Assembly (NCBI RefSeq): GCF_035084215.1
Contig: NC_090326.1
Location: 85,498,001-85,562,000 of the forward strand
Source: Heptranchias perlo
Taxonomy: Eukaryota
Length of the DNA stretch: 64,000 nt
Direction of reading: 5' to 3'
Position numbers and translations under genes: made by a program. A model generated the notes under the pieces. That model searched no databases, was not told the origin of the DNA, and was given only the letters and a program-made list of their open reading frames with translations. Numbering within the stretch: position 1 is the stretch's first letter; each line of letters begins with the position of its first letter. Below, piece after piece: positions 1-11,560 of the stretch.

Positions 1-1526
1 TCTCTCCGCTCTCGGTACGCTCCTCTCCGCTCTCGGTACGCTCCTCTCCACTCTCGGTATACTCCTCTCTCCGCTCTCGGTACGCTCCTCTCCACTCTCG
101 GTACGCTCCTCTCCACTCTCGGTACGCTCCTCTCTCCGCTCTCGGTACGCTCCTCTCCGCTCTCGGTACGCTCCTCTCCGCTCTCGGTACGCTCCTCTCC
201 GCTCTCGGTACGCTCCTCTCTCCGCTCTCGGTACGCTCCTCTCCGCTCTCGGTACGCTCCTCTCCGCTCTCGGTACGCTCCTCTCCGCTCTCGGTACGCT
301 CCTCTCCGCTCTCGGTCCGCTCCTCTCTCCGCTCTCGGTACGCTCCTCTCCGCTCTCGGTACGCCCCTCTCCACTCTCGGTACGCTCCTCTCTCTGCTCT
401 CGGTACGCTCCTCTCCACTCTCGGTACGCTCCTCTCTCCACTCTCGGTACGCTCCTCTCCGCTCTCGGTACGCTCCTCTCTCCGCTCTCGGTACGCTCCT
501 CTCTCCGCTCCTCTCTCCGCTCTCGGTACGCTCCTCTCTCCGCTCCTCTCTCCGCTCTCGGTACGCTCCTCTCCGCTCTCGGTACGCTCCTCTCCGCTCT
601 CGGTACGCTCCTCTCCGCTCTCGGTACGCTCCTCTCTCCGCTCTCGGTACGCTCCTCTCCACTCTCGGTACGCTCCTCTCTCCGCTCTCGGTACGCTCCT
701 CTCCACTCTCGGTACGCTCCTCTCCACTCTCGGTACGCTCCTCTCCGCTCTCGGTACGCTCCTCTCTCCGCTCCTCTCTCCGCTCTCGGTACGCTCCTCT
801 CCGCTCTCGGTACGCTCCTCTCTCTGCTCCTCTCTCCGCTCTCGGTACGCTCCTCTCCGCTCTCGGTACGCTCCTCTCCGCTCTCGGTACGCTCCTCTCC
901 GCTCTCGGTACGCTCCTCTCTCCGCTCTCGGTACGCTCCTCTCCGCTCTCGGTACGCTCCTCTCTCCGCTCTCGGTACGCTCCTCTCCGCTCTCGGTACG
1001 CTCCTCTTCGCTCTCGGTACGCTCCTCTCTCCGCTCTCGGTACGCTCCTCTCCGCTCTCGGTACGCCCCTCTCCGCTCTCGGTACGCCCCTCTCCGCTCT
1101 CGGTACGCTCCTCTCTCCGCTCTCGGTACGCTCCTCTCCGCTCTCGGTACGCTCCTCTCCGCTCTCGGTACGCTCCTCTCCGCTCTCGGTACGCCCCTCT
1201 CTCCGCTCTCGGTACGCTCCTCTCCGCTCTCGGTACGCTCCTCTCCGCTCTCGGTACGCTCCTCTCCGCTCTCGGTACGCTCCTCTCCGCTCTCGGTATA
1301 TTCCTCTCTCCGCTCTCGGTACGCTCCTCTCCCCTCTCGGTACGCTCCTCTCCGCTCTCGGTACGCTCCTCTCCGCTCTCGGTACGCTCCTCTCCGCTCT
1401 CGGTATATTCCTCTCTCCGCTCTCGGTACGCTCCTCTCCGCTCTCGGTACGCTCCTCTCCGCTCTCGGTACGCTCCTCTCCGCTCTCGGTACGCTCCTCT
1501 CCGCTCTCGGTACGCTCCTCTCCGCT
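1..1526. repeat. 21-bp minisatellite (CTCTCCGCTCTCGGTACGCTC)n with 23-bp (+CT) variants; continues beyond window start
   Basis: GGTACG recurs at 14, 35, ... with 21/23-nt period; highly homogeneous; no unique spacers. Confidence 0.97.
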
Positions 1527-1699
1527 GTCTAAACAAATGTACCTCACCCCTTGCTGCACCGAATCCCCTCACTCACCAAATTCCCGATTATAGACTCTGT
1601 CGAAACCAGACTCCGTCAGTAGCTGCTACTTACAATTTCTAAGTTACACTTGTTTTAAATTAGAGAGCCCCTCTCTGCTCTCAATGTGTGGGCCGCTCG

Positions 1700-1856
1700 C
1701 CACGTACACCCAGGTCCGCTCATGCCCTTCTCCGCTCTCTCTTTATGCGTGGGGTGTTCACCACACGCAGCCAGGTCCGCTCCTGCCCCTCTCCGCTCTC
1801 TCCTTATGTGGGGACGCTTGGCTCACACACCCAGGTCCGCTCCTGCCCCTCTCTGA
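1700..1856. repeat. Three ~60-bp tandem units (CCAGGTCCGCTCCTGCCCCTCTCCGCTCTC...), related to the 21-mer satellite
   Basis: CCAGGTCCGCTC at ~1710, 1771, 1831; core GGTCCGCTCC...CTCTCCGCTCTC resembles satellite unit GGTACGCTCCTCTCCGCTCTC. Confidence 0.8.
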
Positions 1857-1869
1857 CATTTGTCCCCCA

Positions 1870-3130
1870 TTGGATTTAACTGCTGCGGGCCAGGTTTCTC
1901 AGGGCTCCGGAAACCTGGCAGCTAAAGGGAGGTGAGAACTGCTGGATCCATCAGTTACATGTTTTTCCTGCATTACTTGTGGGCCAGGAGGAGTCGTGCT
2001 TTCTCCCAGCCCCCCATGCAAACCTGCCACGATCTGCCTCCTTCCCCGCAATTGGTTGACCCCTGCCATGATTTGCTGATACCCCAAGCAATCTTCAGAT
2101 GCCACCCCCCTCGCGATCTCTCCCTCCTCGCGATCTCTCCCTCCTCGCGATCTCTCCCCCCGGTAATCTCTCTCCCCCATGATCTCTCCCCTCCGCGATC
2201 TCTCCCTCCACGCGATCTCTCCCTCCTCGCAATCTCTCCCCCCGGTAATCTCTCTCCCCCTGCGATCTCTCCTCCCCCCTGCGATCTCTCCCTCCGCGCG
2301 ATCTCTCCCTCCTCGCGATCTCTCCCCCCGGTAATCTCTCTCCCCCTGCGATCTCTCCTCCCCCCTGCGATCTCTCCCTCCTCGCGATCTCTCCCCCTGC
2401 GATCTCTCCTCCCCCCTGCGATCTCTCCTCCCCCCTGCGATCTCTCCTCCCCCCTGCGATCTCTCCTCCCCCCCACCACCGTGATCTCTCCCCACCGCGA
2501 TCTCTCCTTCCCGTGATCTCTCCCCCCCCCCCCCGGCTATCTCTCCTTCTCTCCGCGATCTCTCCCCCCCACTATCTCTCCCCCCAACGCGATCTCTCCT
2601 CCCCACTGCAATCTCTTCCCCCCCACGGTCTCTCCCCCACCGCGATCCCTCCCCCCCATGATCTCTCCCCCCTGCGCAATTACTCCCCCTCCATGATCTT
2701 GTCCTCACCCCACGATCTCTCCTCCCCGCGATTTCTCCTCCCCCCCACGATCTCTTCCCCCCCGCGATCTCTTCCCCCCTGCGATCTCTCCCCCCACCGC
2801 GATCTCTCCTCCCCTGCGATCTCTGTTCCCCGCTGCGATCTCTCTTCCCCCGCGATCTCTCCTCTCCTCGTGATCTCTCCTCCCCCCGCAATCTCCCCCA
2901 TGCGATCTCCCTCTCCTCCCCCGCAATCTCTCCTCCCCCCGGTGACCTCTCCTCACCCCCGTGATCTCTCCTCCTCCCCCGTGCTCTCCCCCGCGATCTC
3001 TCCTCTCCTGCGATCTACCCCACTGCGATCTCTCCTCTCCTGCAATCTACCCCACTGCGATCTCTCCTCCCCTTTCCCATATCTCTGGGTTTCCTGGCCG
3101 CTGACAGTCACCCCTGCTCCCTCCCCACCT
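1870..3130. mobile_element. Remnant Harbinger-type MITE with expanded internal C-rich tract (termini not resolved)
   Basis: Carries family hairpin TGTGGGCCAGGAGGAG..TGCTTTCTCCCAGCCCCCCA (1978-2016) directly before the GCGATC/C-rich array, as in other copies. Confidence 0.5.
2028..3075. repeat. Irregular C-rich minisatellite (GCGATCTCTCC[C/T]n); G-quadruplex-prone on the minus strand
   Basis: Dozens of GCGATCTCTC units separated by C/T runs; explains the overlapping Arg/Gly- and Pro/Ser-rich ORFs. Confidence 0.95.
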
Positions 3131-3323
3131 CCCTGTAAATATTGGAACCAATATTCTCATTCACCCATATTGCCTCTTCTCCACGTGCCTTGTTGTGCCT
3201 ATCCATGCAGTAGGCGTATACCCTGATATTTTAATATCCCAGTTCAGTAAACGTTCTCTTTCAATCAAGTCCCTGTTTTTCCGTTATTCCTATTATTTCA
3301 CACACCAAATACTGTGAGACACT

Positions 3324-3936
3324 AGGCTGGATTCTCTTCTGTTATCCCACACGAAATTGGGCAGGATAGTGGCAGAGGTGGTGGGAACGCCAGCCGGTGA
3401 GTCCTACTGCTGCCGCCCCACCCACATCCCAATTTTCCTCTGGCCCCGCCGGGACTGCATCTAGACGTCCTGTCCCTGTCCACCATATGCAAATATCGGT
3501 GGGGAGGTGGAGTCAGGTTCCCATTGGATTTTCCTTCTGCCAGCCCCTCTTATTGCACCTCTCCGGGACCACCTGATGGAAGGTGGTGGTAAGCCTGCGT
3601 TATCATTGGTAATGACCCCAAAATCAGCTGATGGAGGGCAGAGATCTAGTAGAGGCCTCCTCTTCCTTCAAATGGGCCTCAGTCTCTGCCAAGGTCTCGG
3701 AAAACTACGGCCATTTCCATCTACGGTCCTTTTCTTGTCTCTTTAAGTACAGCGGATGTCTGCTGGTGCTGCAGCAGTGGGCTCCCTCTTAGCAATGGCA
3801 ATCCCACTGGGAGCTCACCCAGTAAGCCTAATTAATCCCAATCCAGGAAACTGGATTAAGGTTATGGTGGGGTCTAAGGGCTGGTGTGAAGTCTGACCCT
3901 ATGGCTGCTCTATCCCAAAGAGTGAAATCCCACCCC
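3324..3936. mobile_element. Degenerate Harbinger-type MITE
   Basis: Left AGGCTGGATTCTC vs right reverse complement GGGGTGGGATTTC; flanks ACT/AAT; internal ATGCAAAT at 3487-3494. Confidence 0.5.
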
Positions 3937-4948
3937 AATACCAGGGTGGACAAGAAGCCGTCACAAGACACAAGTCTGAGGTATTTCCTGTGGCTGCTAT
4001 ACACGAAAGTTTTGTTGCTGCTTCAGAGATTGTCCTAGAGAACAATCAATACAAGATATTGCAAAATACCCTGTCACCATACCAACTGTTTTGTTTCACT
4101 ATACAGTAGGATTTTAAATGCAATGTGCTGGCAGTAGCAATCATACATTATTAGTCACAATACTCTCTTTAATTATCCCACAATCTGTTTTTTGACCGAC
4201 TGGTCAACCTTAGCTGCACTTTTATATAAATAGATATGAGCCTGAGGTGGCTAATGGAACAGCTGGTAGATGTTCTTTTCATTTTCAGATAAGCATTCTG
4301 TTAAGAAGACTGTCAGCTCAAATAAAAATCCTGATGTAATTTTCAATGTTTCAAGCCTGAAACATTAGCTTTTAGTCATGATCCTTTCGGCCACAAATAA
4401 TTTGGTTTGTTTTATTCTGTAGCCTACATAAATTAGTATTTTAAAGTTTCTTTTCACACTAAATCTACTGCATTTCAAGCTTACATAAAATCTTTCTACC
4501 AATGTTAATTTTGTTTGAACCCATTCAATGAGTCATGACAGATGTGATCATTGTAGCAATAAGTTGGCTGTATTTTAAATCTCTTTGTTAATTTATGCAT
4601 GTGTTAATAAATGTGGGTAAAATGTCTGGCAAAACCTCATCAGGTGACGATATCCCACACATCCATCCGATGTGAATAAGATAGATGTATTTTCTTGTCA
4701 CTGACTTCCTCCTACACTTCGCCCTACAGTAATGAGTAGGATTGCCACAAGGATGTCCTGTACATGCCAAAGAAAATGAAGTAACAGAGCTGTGATTCTA
4801 ATTGGGTATAATATTCCATAGAAATTAGTGGTCAGTAAATTCTCATCATCCTCATCAGTACAGTGGTTTGGGGTATGACCCCTGTGTATACCAACTGCAT
4901 GTTTCCAAACAGTGGACGAGCCTTATTTTCTAACAAAACAAACTTACT

Positions 4949-5802
4949 GGCCCAGAAATTCAGGAGCACCTATTTTTGAGCGAGCGGGGATGGTGAAGAG
5001 TAAATACCCTGCACCAAAATGGTGAGGTCCAAAGCTCCCGAGACATTAGGTCTTGGACCTCAATTAATAGAGCCGGCGCAGCGTATCAGCCCACCGGTGA
5101 AGACTGCAGATGACTGAAGAAAAATCAGGCCGCTGCTGGAGTCGTAGCGACCCTCGGGTAAGTGGGTCTAGGAGGCGGGTCGGGGATGGGGGGAACACGA
5201 CGACACGGGGGTCGGGCTGGAGGTCAGGGCCATGGGTCTTGCCAGGGGGGGTCTGGAGTAACAGAGGCTGGGATTGGGTCGGGGGGCCTGGAATCGCTCG
5301 GACTCGGGAGTCGAATCGGGTCCGGGGGGCCTGGAATCATTGGGGCTGGGGGAGGAAGATTGGGGAGCCAGGGATCTTGGGGATGGAAGCTTTGGAAATT
5401 GGGGGTTGGGGTCGGAGTGGGAGGGAGGGAGATTTGGAGTCGGGGGAAGCTGTGGGAGTCCGCGATTGGGGTCCAGGATAGTAAGCTGGGAGGGGAGGTG
5501 TGGGAAGGGGGCAATCAGGAGGCTGGTTAAATGTGGGGTCGGGAGGAGCCCTCCTGCTCCGACCAGCTCCATATTCGGTTAAGTTACTTACCTTCTTTGT
5601 TCCAGGCGATCTATAGGGCTAGTGACTCTAAATGCAGCCATATGCAAAGGGTCTAACTCCTGCTTAAGGTGTGGGTAAAAGACACCTTTTGTTTGTCCTT
5701 ACCCAATATGGTTATCGGTGCACACCCAGCCTGCCATTTTGGGGCCTTAGGTGTCCACACAGCGCCTGAAAAATGAGCGCTGTGCAATGCAATTTCTAGG
5801 CC
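4949..5802. mobile_element. Non-autonomous PIF/Harbinger-type element (MITE), 854 bp, with internal G-rich array
   Basis: TIRs GGCCCAGAAATT / reverse complement GGCCTAGAAATT (11/12); perfect 3-bp TSD ACT (4946-4948, 5803-5805); G-rich tract 5162-5530. Confidence 0.85.
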
Positions 5803-6642
5803 ACTATATTTTGATAAAGAATAGTAACTGTAACCAAAGATGTCTGGAAAGAGAGCATCACATGAGCATTCTTTAAATAGAAATGAAAACAGGAGCATCT
5901 GACTTGCCTCTCTGGTTAAACAGCATTGTCAGTGGTTCACACTGAACAAGATACGACAGCATAAAAAGTGAATGCATGAACTGCAAAGTAATATTACTGA
6001 AGGCACTAAGCTTGGGCGCTGCTTAGGAAGAGTGGTGTGTGATGATAACACTGAGTTGGAAACTAGAATTCAAACTATTCCAAAGCACACGTGGAACTGA
6101 AACACAAAAGATGAATGAATCAATTCCTTGTTGTGGTGCCAGTATTTGAGGTAACTGGATCAGCACATGCTTCATGGATATCATTTCCTGCTGGTTTTAT
6201 TTCACAGTTCATGTATTTACTTATAATTATAGATTTAGCTATAATCACTACGGCTTTTACTGGAGCTGTTGCTTTGAGACCTCATCAATTCCTGTGAAAA
6301 TCTAAATTTATGTTTAAAATTGGTTTCTAATGCCATTTTACTTGAAAATATTAAGCTCCAAACACAGAGCCATCAGACTGGATTGTCCTGCGATTGTCAG
6401 GTCAGCGGTGAGGCAAGGATTCCACCTGCCCACAGGACTCTGCTACTAATTTGCTAGTTTTTCCTCTTGGGGCCCAGGGCCCTAATTATGAATGCAGGGT
6501 AGGTTAGGAGCAGAAATGTTCCTTCTCATTAATTTGCTACCACTGGAAGGGAGGAAAATTGATTGTTGCTGCAGCTTTAAAAACACTGCAGCTAATGTCC
6601 ATTTTGAGAGCAGGAGCCACAAGTTGAAGAATGTCAGAATGG

Positions 6643-7019
6643 AGCAGCAGTGGGTGAGGGAGGGGTCAGCAGTGGGTGAGGGGAGGGGGTCAGCAGTGGG
6701 TGAGGATGGGGTCAGCAGTGGGTGAGGACGGGGTCAGCAGTGGGTGAGGGGAGGGGGTCAGCAGTGGGTGAGGGGAGGGGGTCAGCAGTGGGTGAGGACG
6801 GGGTCAGCAGTGGGTGAGGGGAGGGGGTCAGCAGTGGGTGAGGGGAGGGGGTCAGCAGTGGGTGAGGGGAGGGGGTCAGCAGTGGGTGAGGGGAGGGGAG
6901 GGGGTCAGCAGTGGGTGAGGGGAGGGGGTCAGCAGTGGGTGAGGGGAGGGGGTCAGCAGTGGGTGAGGGGAGGGGAGGGGGTCAGCAGTGGGTGAGGGGA
7001 GGGGGGAATCAGCAGCAGG
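6643..7019. repeat. G-rich minisatellite, ~24-bp unit CAGCAGTGGGTGAGGGGAGGGGGT (22-29 bp variants)
   Basis: About 15 tandem copies seen directly. Confidence 0.95.
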
Positions 7020-7079
7020 AAGGGCTCACAGATTCTCTCCATTTCCATTTGCTGGAGTGATAAGTAATAGAATGTTTTA

Positions 7080-7401
7080 GTGTCAGCTTGATTCAGTTGG
7101 AAGCACTCAAACTAATTCAGCGCCTCAAACTCGCCTGCTCAGGTGGCTGTAAAAGATCCTATGGCAGTATTTGAAGAAGAGTAGGGAGTTCCCCCAGTAT
7201 CCTAACCAACATTCTTTCCTCAACCAAAACCACCAAAAAATAGATTGTGCATTCATTTTTTTGCTGCTTGTGGGACCTTGCAATGAGCAAGTTGGCTGCT
7301 GTGTCTGCCTAATTACACTTCAAAGGTAATCAATTGGTGGCAAGTGTTTTGGGACATTCTGAGGATGCGATAAGACACTAAATAAAAATTAATTCTTTCT
7401 T
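7080..7401 (+). mobile_element. Deu-domain SINE (SacSINE1/AmnSINE1-like), internally deleted
   Basis: tRNA-like head TCAGTTGGAAGCACTC; Deu-domain CAGGTGGCTGTAAAAGATCCTATGGCAGTATTTGAAGAAGAG; tail ending TTCTTTCTT; matches copy at 52318. Confidence 0.8.
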
Positions 7402-7814
7402 GATCGTTATTTTAATTTCCTCCCCTTTTTTTCTTTATTTCCTTCTTACCACACACTATTCCTTTATTGAGAAGATGGGAGTACCTGGCCTCCATGCAAT
7501 TTCCTCCACTTTCTGTGTATCCCAGCCAAACCTGGGAAATTTCCATGCGAGATATCAATGCATCCCAGTTCACACTTTTGTGCCAATTATGGGTTTTGCC
7601 AGGGTGACAAAAATGTAAATATTAGGCCCAGTGTCTGTACTCCAATTCTGTAATATTTTCTGGGGCATTCATTTTATTTTATTGTGCACAATGTGCTCAT
7701 GACAAAGATGATGGATTTACACTAGCACCAACAGAGATACTTATATTATTAATATCTTGTGAGAGGGAGAAATGATTTTACCTATCAAGGATTTTACCAC
7801 AGTTTCCTATAGTA

Positions 7815-8057
7815 GATGCACGTTCCCCTCCAAGTCACACACCATCCTGACTTGGAAATATATCACCGTTCCTTCATCATCGCTGGGTCAAAATCCTGGA
7901 ACTCCCTACCTAACAGCACTGTGGGAGAACCTTCACCACACGGACTGCAGCGGTTCAAGAAGGTGGCTCACCACCACCTTCTCAAGGGCAATTAGGGATG
8001 GGCAATAAATGCCGGCCTCGCCAGCGATGCCCACATCCCATGAACGAATAAAAAAAA
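7815..8057 (+). mobile_element. 3' fragment of LINE family B (CR1/L2-group non-LTR element)
   Basis: Same 3' end (GGGCAATTAGGGATGGGCAATAAATG...ATGAACGAATAAAAAAAA) as the long copy at 39980-42925. Confidence 0.9.
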
Positions 8058-8167
8058 TGTACATTACATATAAAGAACAATGAACACCAAGGAGTGATTA
8101 TGAGTCAATAATGTCATTAAGAAGCTGAGCGATATAATAAACCACAAGAGTGAAGTTCAAACAACTT

Positions 8168-8891
8168 GGGGTTGAGCTTCCACTTTGGGCACATTCGGGA
8201 AATTGTGCCCAAAATGCGTTTGCAATTGAGCTGGTTAGGTTGCAGTTCAAATTTCCGATAAAAATCATTTGCATAATCACAAACCGTAAAATATTCCATG
8301 AACCAACGCAATTGGGCAGCGTAATAGAACGGAATTTTTTTTTCTTTCCATTAAAAAGTATTCCTTGATGTATTTAGGAGTGGTAACCTGATGCAGTTAT
8401 ATTAATACAGCTGAAAATTGGTTTATCAAGAAAAATAAGCATTTTCACTAAGAGTTTCCAGTCCTCCACCTGTGAGTAACCTAATTCAAAATCACTGAAA
8501 ATGACTTTAAAAAATGATACTGAACCATTTACTAGTTTCATTGGTGTACACTAGTCACCTAGTAAATTAAATATTTTTTGATATGAAGAAACTTTAAAAA
8601 TCTGCCTACTAGTGCCCGTGTGCTTAAGAAAATGAGCGCAATTTGAAAAGCCTTCCTGAACCAACGCAATCAGCAGAATCTCACAATGTTGACCTGGGGG
8701 AGTGGCCAGTGTTGTGGACCGGGCCTGATCCGGGCGAATCGAATCTTGAACCAGCGTAAAAGATCGCAGAAAACACAAATGTAAGTGGTTTTGGGCATAA
8801 CTCAGTTACATTTAAAATTCCCCGACCTTTTGCACTGGTTCGGCTGATTCCGTCTGGATTGTGCTGATATTACTGGCGGAATCTCGACTCC
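8168..8891. mobile_element. Harbinger-type MITE, 724 bp
   Basis: TIRs GGGGTTGAGCTTCC / reverse complement GGAGTCGAGATTCC (11/14); perfect TSD CTT (8165-8167, 8892-8894). Confidence 0.75.
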
Positions 8892-9057
8892 CTTGTATTT
8901 ATTGTTTGAACCCAAGTATGAAATTATGTTTATAATACCAGCAGAAAGTGTGTGGCATTGTTCATAAGTTGGAAGTTTTGCTATTCTATAAGAACAGGAG
9001 TGTGATACCAGGTAACATGCAATGTAATAGTCTGCTGCTGAGTTGAATTGTGTTTTG

Positions 9058-9127
9058 TTTTATTCGTTCATGGGATGTGGGCGTTGCTGGCGAGGCCGGC
9101 ATTTATTGCCCATCCCTAATTGCCCTT
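9058..9127 (-). mobile_element. Very short 3' end of LINE family B
   Basis: Reverse complement of the family-B terminus (TTTATTCGTTCATGGGATGTGGGCG...CCCTAATTGCCCT). Confidence 0.85.
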
Positions 9128-9134
9128 TGCTCAC

Positions 9135-9184
9135 CATAAGAAATAGGAGCAGGAGTAGGCAATTCGGCCCCTCGAGCCTGCTGT
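9135..9184 (-). mobile_element. Very short CR1 3' end
   Basis: CATAAGAAATAGGAGCAGGAGTAGGC..TTCGGCCCCTCGAGCCTGCT matches CR1 termini at 33440, 53553, 57231. Confidence 0.8.
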
Positions 9185-9609
9185 TTAAAGTGGTCTGCCT
9201 CTTTAAGACCATGTAGTGCACCTGATGTAAGTAATCACAGCTTGAAGTCAATTATAGATTAATTACTGTCACGAGGGAAGTTTGCAGATTGGAAGGTGCT
9301 TGTATATTTCCAGCTCTAGGTAAGAAAAAAATAGCATGAAATTACCATTTTTTCTTAATATACTTTTGACATTTTGAAGTATGGATAGGTATATTGTGTG
9401 GAATTATTGGAGACTGTTTACCTTTGTTTCCTGTTTGATTTAGCTACTAGTGGGATGCTGGACATCAACAGCCACAATCTGATAATGACTGTGAAATCAC
9501 TGCATGTTTCCTGAGTGATAATGAACAATTTATTATCTGAAAATAATATCAACATGTATATGTTCACAATGCTTACTGTCTGTGTGAGGCAGATTTAGCT
9601 AATCAGTGA

Positions 9610-9792
9610 GAACTTGACTCAGTTGGTAGCACACTTGCCTCTAGGGCAGAAGGTTTGTTGAGTCCTACACCAAGATTTGAATACATAATGTTCAGTGCAG
9701 TGTTGAAGGAGTGCTGTATTGTTAGAGGTGCTGCCCTTTGGATGAGATGTTAAACTTAGGTTCTACCTGCCTTTTCAGATGGAAGTCAAAGC
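9610..9792 (+). mobile_element. 5' half of Deu-domain SINE
   Basis: CTCAGTTGGTAGCAC head, GGAGTGCTG..TTG.AGAGGTGC, GGATGAGATGTTAAAC Deu-domain start. Confidence 0.75.
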
Positions 9793-10149
9793 TGTATTAG
9801 GAAGACATGAAGAATGAGGTCCAATGGGCTAACAGACATTCTTTATCCCAATATTGTGTTATGGAAGTGAGCATTGCTATTCTATAGTACTTAGAAACAA
9901 TTAGGTAAATGTTATAAGTTTAGCGCTACCAGCATGCTTGAAAGGAGGGCAGATTGGACAATTGTATCACACAGATTAGTGCAGGTGATTTGCAGCCTTC
10001 CCAATTGTCTGATTGGCCATCTCACTGAGTGAGGCTCTGTGATGGTAAAGTTCATCTTAATATTTTCTGTGAATAACTGTTATATTGCATTTTTGCAAAA
10101 TGTGTTAGTAACTAATGTGAATAATTTATCACTTAAAAATGTATATGTG

Positions 10150-11560
10150 ACCACACTGACCACTTCCTTGTAACCCTCACCAACCATATGCCCTACTCTT
10201 TCCAACCACACTTCCTTCTGCATTGGCCCCTGGAAAATTTCTCCCCAAGTCACTTACAACTGCACTTTCAAACTCCCGACTGCCTAGCCTTTGGCACTTC
10301 ATTCTCCACAATACTTGTGCAGCTGCTGATGTGCTGAACCACTCCATTACCTATACCTTTGATGCCCTTGACACCAGTAAAAACCCTTGTTCTCTCCCAG
10401 CCTTGTTGCTCCCCAGTATGTTCCCCATCTTCACCCCCTCAAGCCCAAGGGGCGTAAACTTGAGTGTATCTGGTGCACAACTAGTTTAGCCCATCCATTG
10501 CCAGATCTGGCTGGACCACATCAAGCACCATCAGGTCTCTGCTCTCCTCTGCCAAAACCGTTTACTGTTCCAGGATCATCCTGGAAAGCAACGATAACCC
10601 CTAGCTTCTTATCTCTAGACTTGACTATTCCAATACTCTCCTGGTCGGCCTCCCACCTTGCACCCTCCGTAAGCTTAAGCTCATCCAAAACTTTGCTGGC
10701 AATATCCTAATTCGCACCAAGTCCAATTCACCCGTCACCCCTGTGCTCGCTGACCTACGTTGACTCCTGGTTTGGCAACACCTCGATTTTAAAATTCCCA
10801 TCCTTGTTTTCAAATCCCTCCGTGGCCTTCCCCCTCCCTATCTCTATAACCTCCACAAGCTCGAGAACCCTCTGAGATCTCTGTGCTCCTCCAATTCTTG
10901 CCTATCCCTGATTTTAATCGCTCCACCTTTAGCGGCCGTGCCTTCAGCTGTCTAGGCCCTAAGCTCTGGAATTCCCTCCCTAAACCTCTCCACTTCTCTA
11001 CCTCTCTCCTCCTTTTTAAGATGCTCTTCAAAACCTCTCTCTTTGACCAAGCTTATGGACATCTGTCCTAATATCTCCTTATGTGGCTCGGTGTCAAATC
11101 TTGATTGATAATTCTCCTGTGAAGCACCATGGGATGCTTTACTACACTAACGACACTATACAAATGCAAGTTGTTATCTCGACTATCAACCGAATCCTTA
11201 AACCCCTCTCTCCTGCTTTCTCCATTCTCACCTCCAAAACAAGTGCAAGAAGCTCTTTGTACTAAGATTGAGACCATCTATTTGGCTGCCTTTGCCTCAT
11301 CCCCCTTTCCCCTAGCACACCAAGCGATACCTCCCCCAAGGTTCCTCCCTGACCTAGATCTGAACCTGTGTCTTTTTCTAATGTCACTCCTATCTTTCCC
11401 CATGCCCTCACCGAGCTCATCTCGTCCATGATACCTACTACCTACTTCCTGCTCACTCAACACCATTTCCACTAAATCTCTGACAACCTGACTTCCCTCC
11501 CTGGCACTTGTGCTTGCTGACCTTGTAAATGGTTCCCTCCCCTCAGATATAATTTTTCTC
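10150..11560 (+). mobile_element. Degenerate L2 LINE ORF2 fragment (EN-RT linker), split by a nested L2
   Basis: C-rich L2-like coding remnant, homologous to the minus-strand copy at 31300-31930; resumes after 11180. Confidence 0.7.
10616..11173 (+). mobile_element. 5'-truncated L2 LINE nested in L2
   Basis: RLDYSNTLL-type ORF2 end, GRAFSCLGPKLWNSLP, tail CAAATGCAAGTTGTT; TSD TTATCTC (10609-10615, 11174-11180). Confidence 0.85.

Noticed and set aside
1-1526. CRISPR array or telomeric repeat
   Set aside because: Head-to-tail units with no unique spacers, no cas genes, vertebrate context; not TTAGGG.
1899-3226. Long ORFs (330, 237, 194 aa) rich in R/G/E or P/S/L
   Set aside because: Open in several frames on both strands because the minisatellite lacks stop codons.
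4588-4758. Beta-defensin-like exon (C-x6-C-x3-C after an acceptor-like TACAG)
   Set aside because: Lacks the terminal CC and correct spacing of the later cysteines; no signal-peptide exon found.
5110-5582. Gly-rich and Pro-rich ORFs
   Set aside because: By-products of the G-rich array inside a TIR/TSD-bounded MITE.
6492-6995. Repetitive ORFs (GGGQQWVR, GEGRGSAV)
   Set aside because: Translation of the 24-bp minisatellite.
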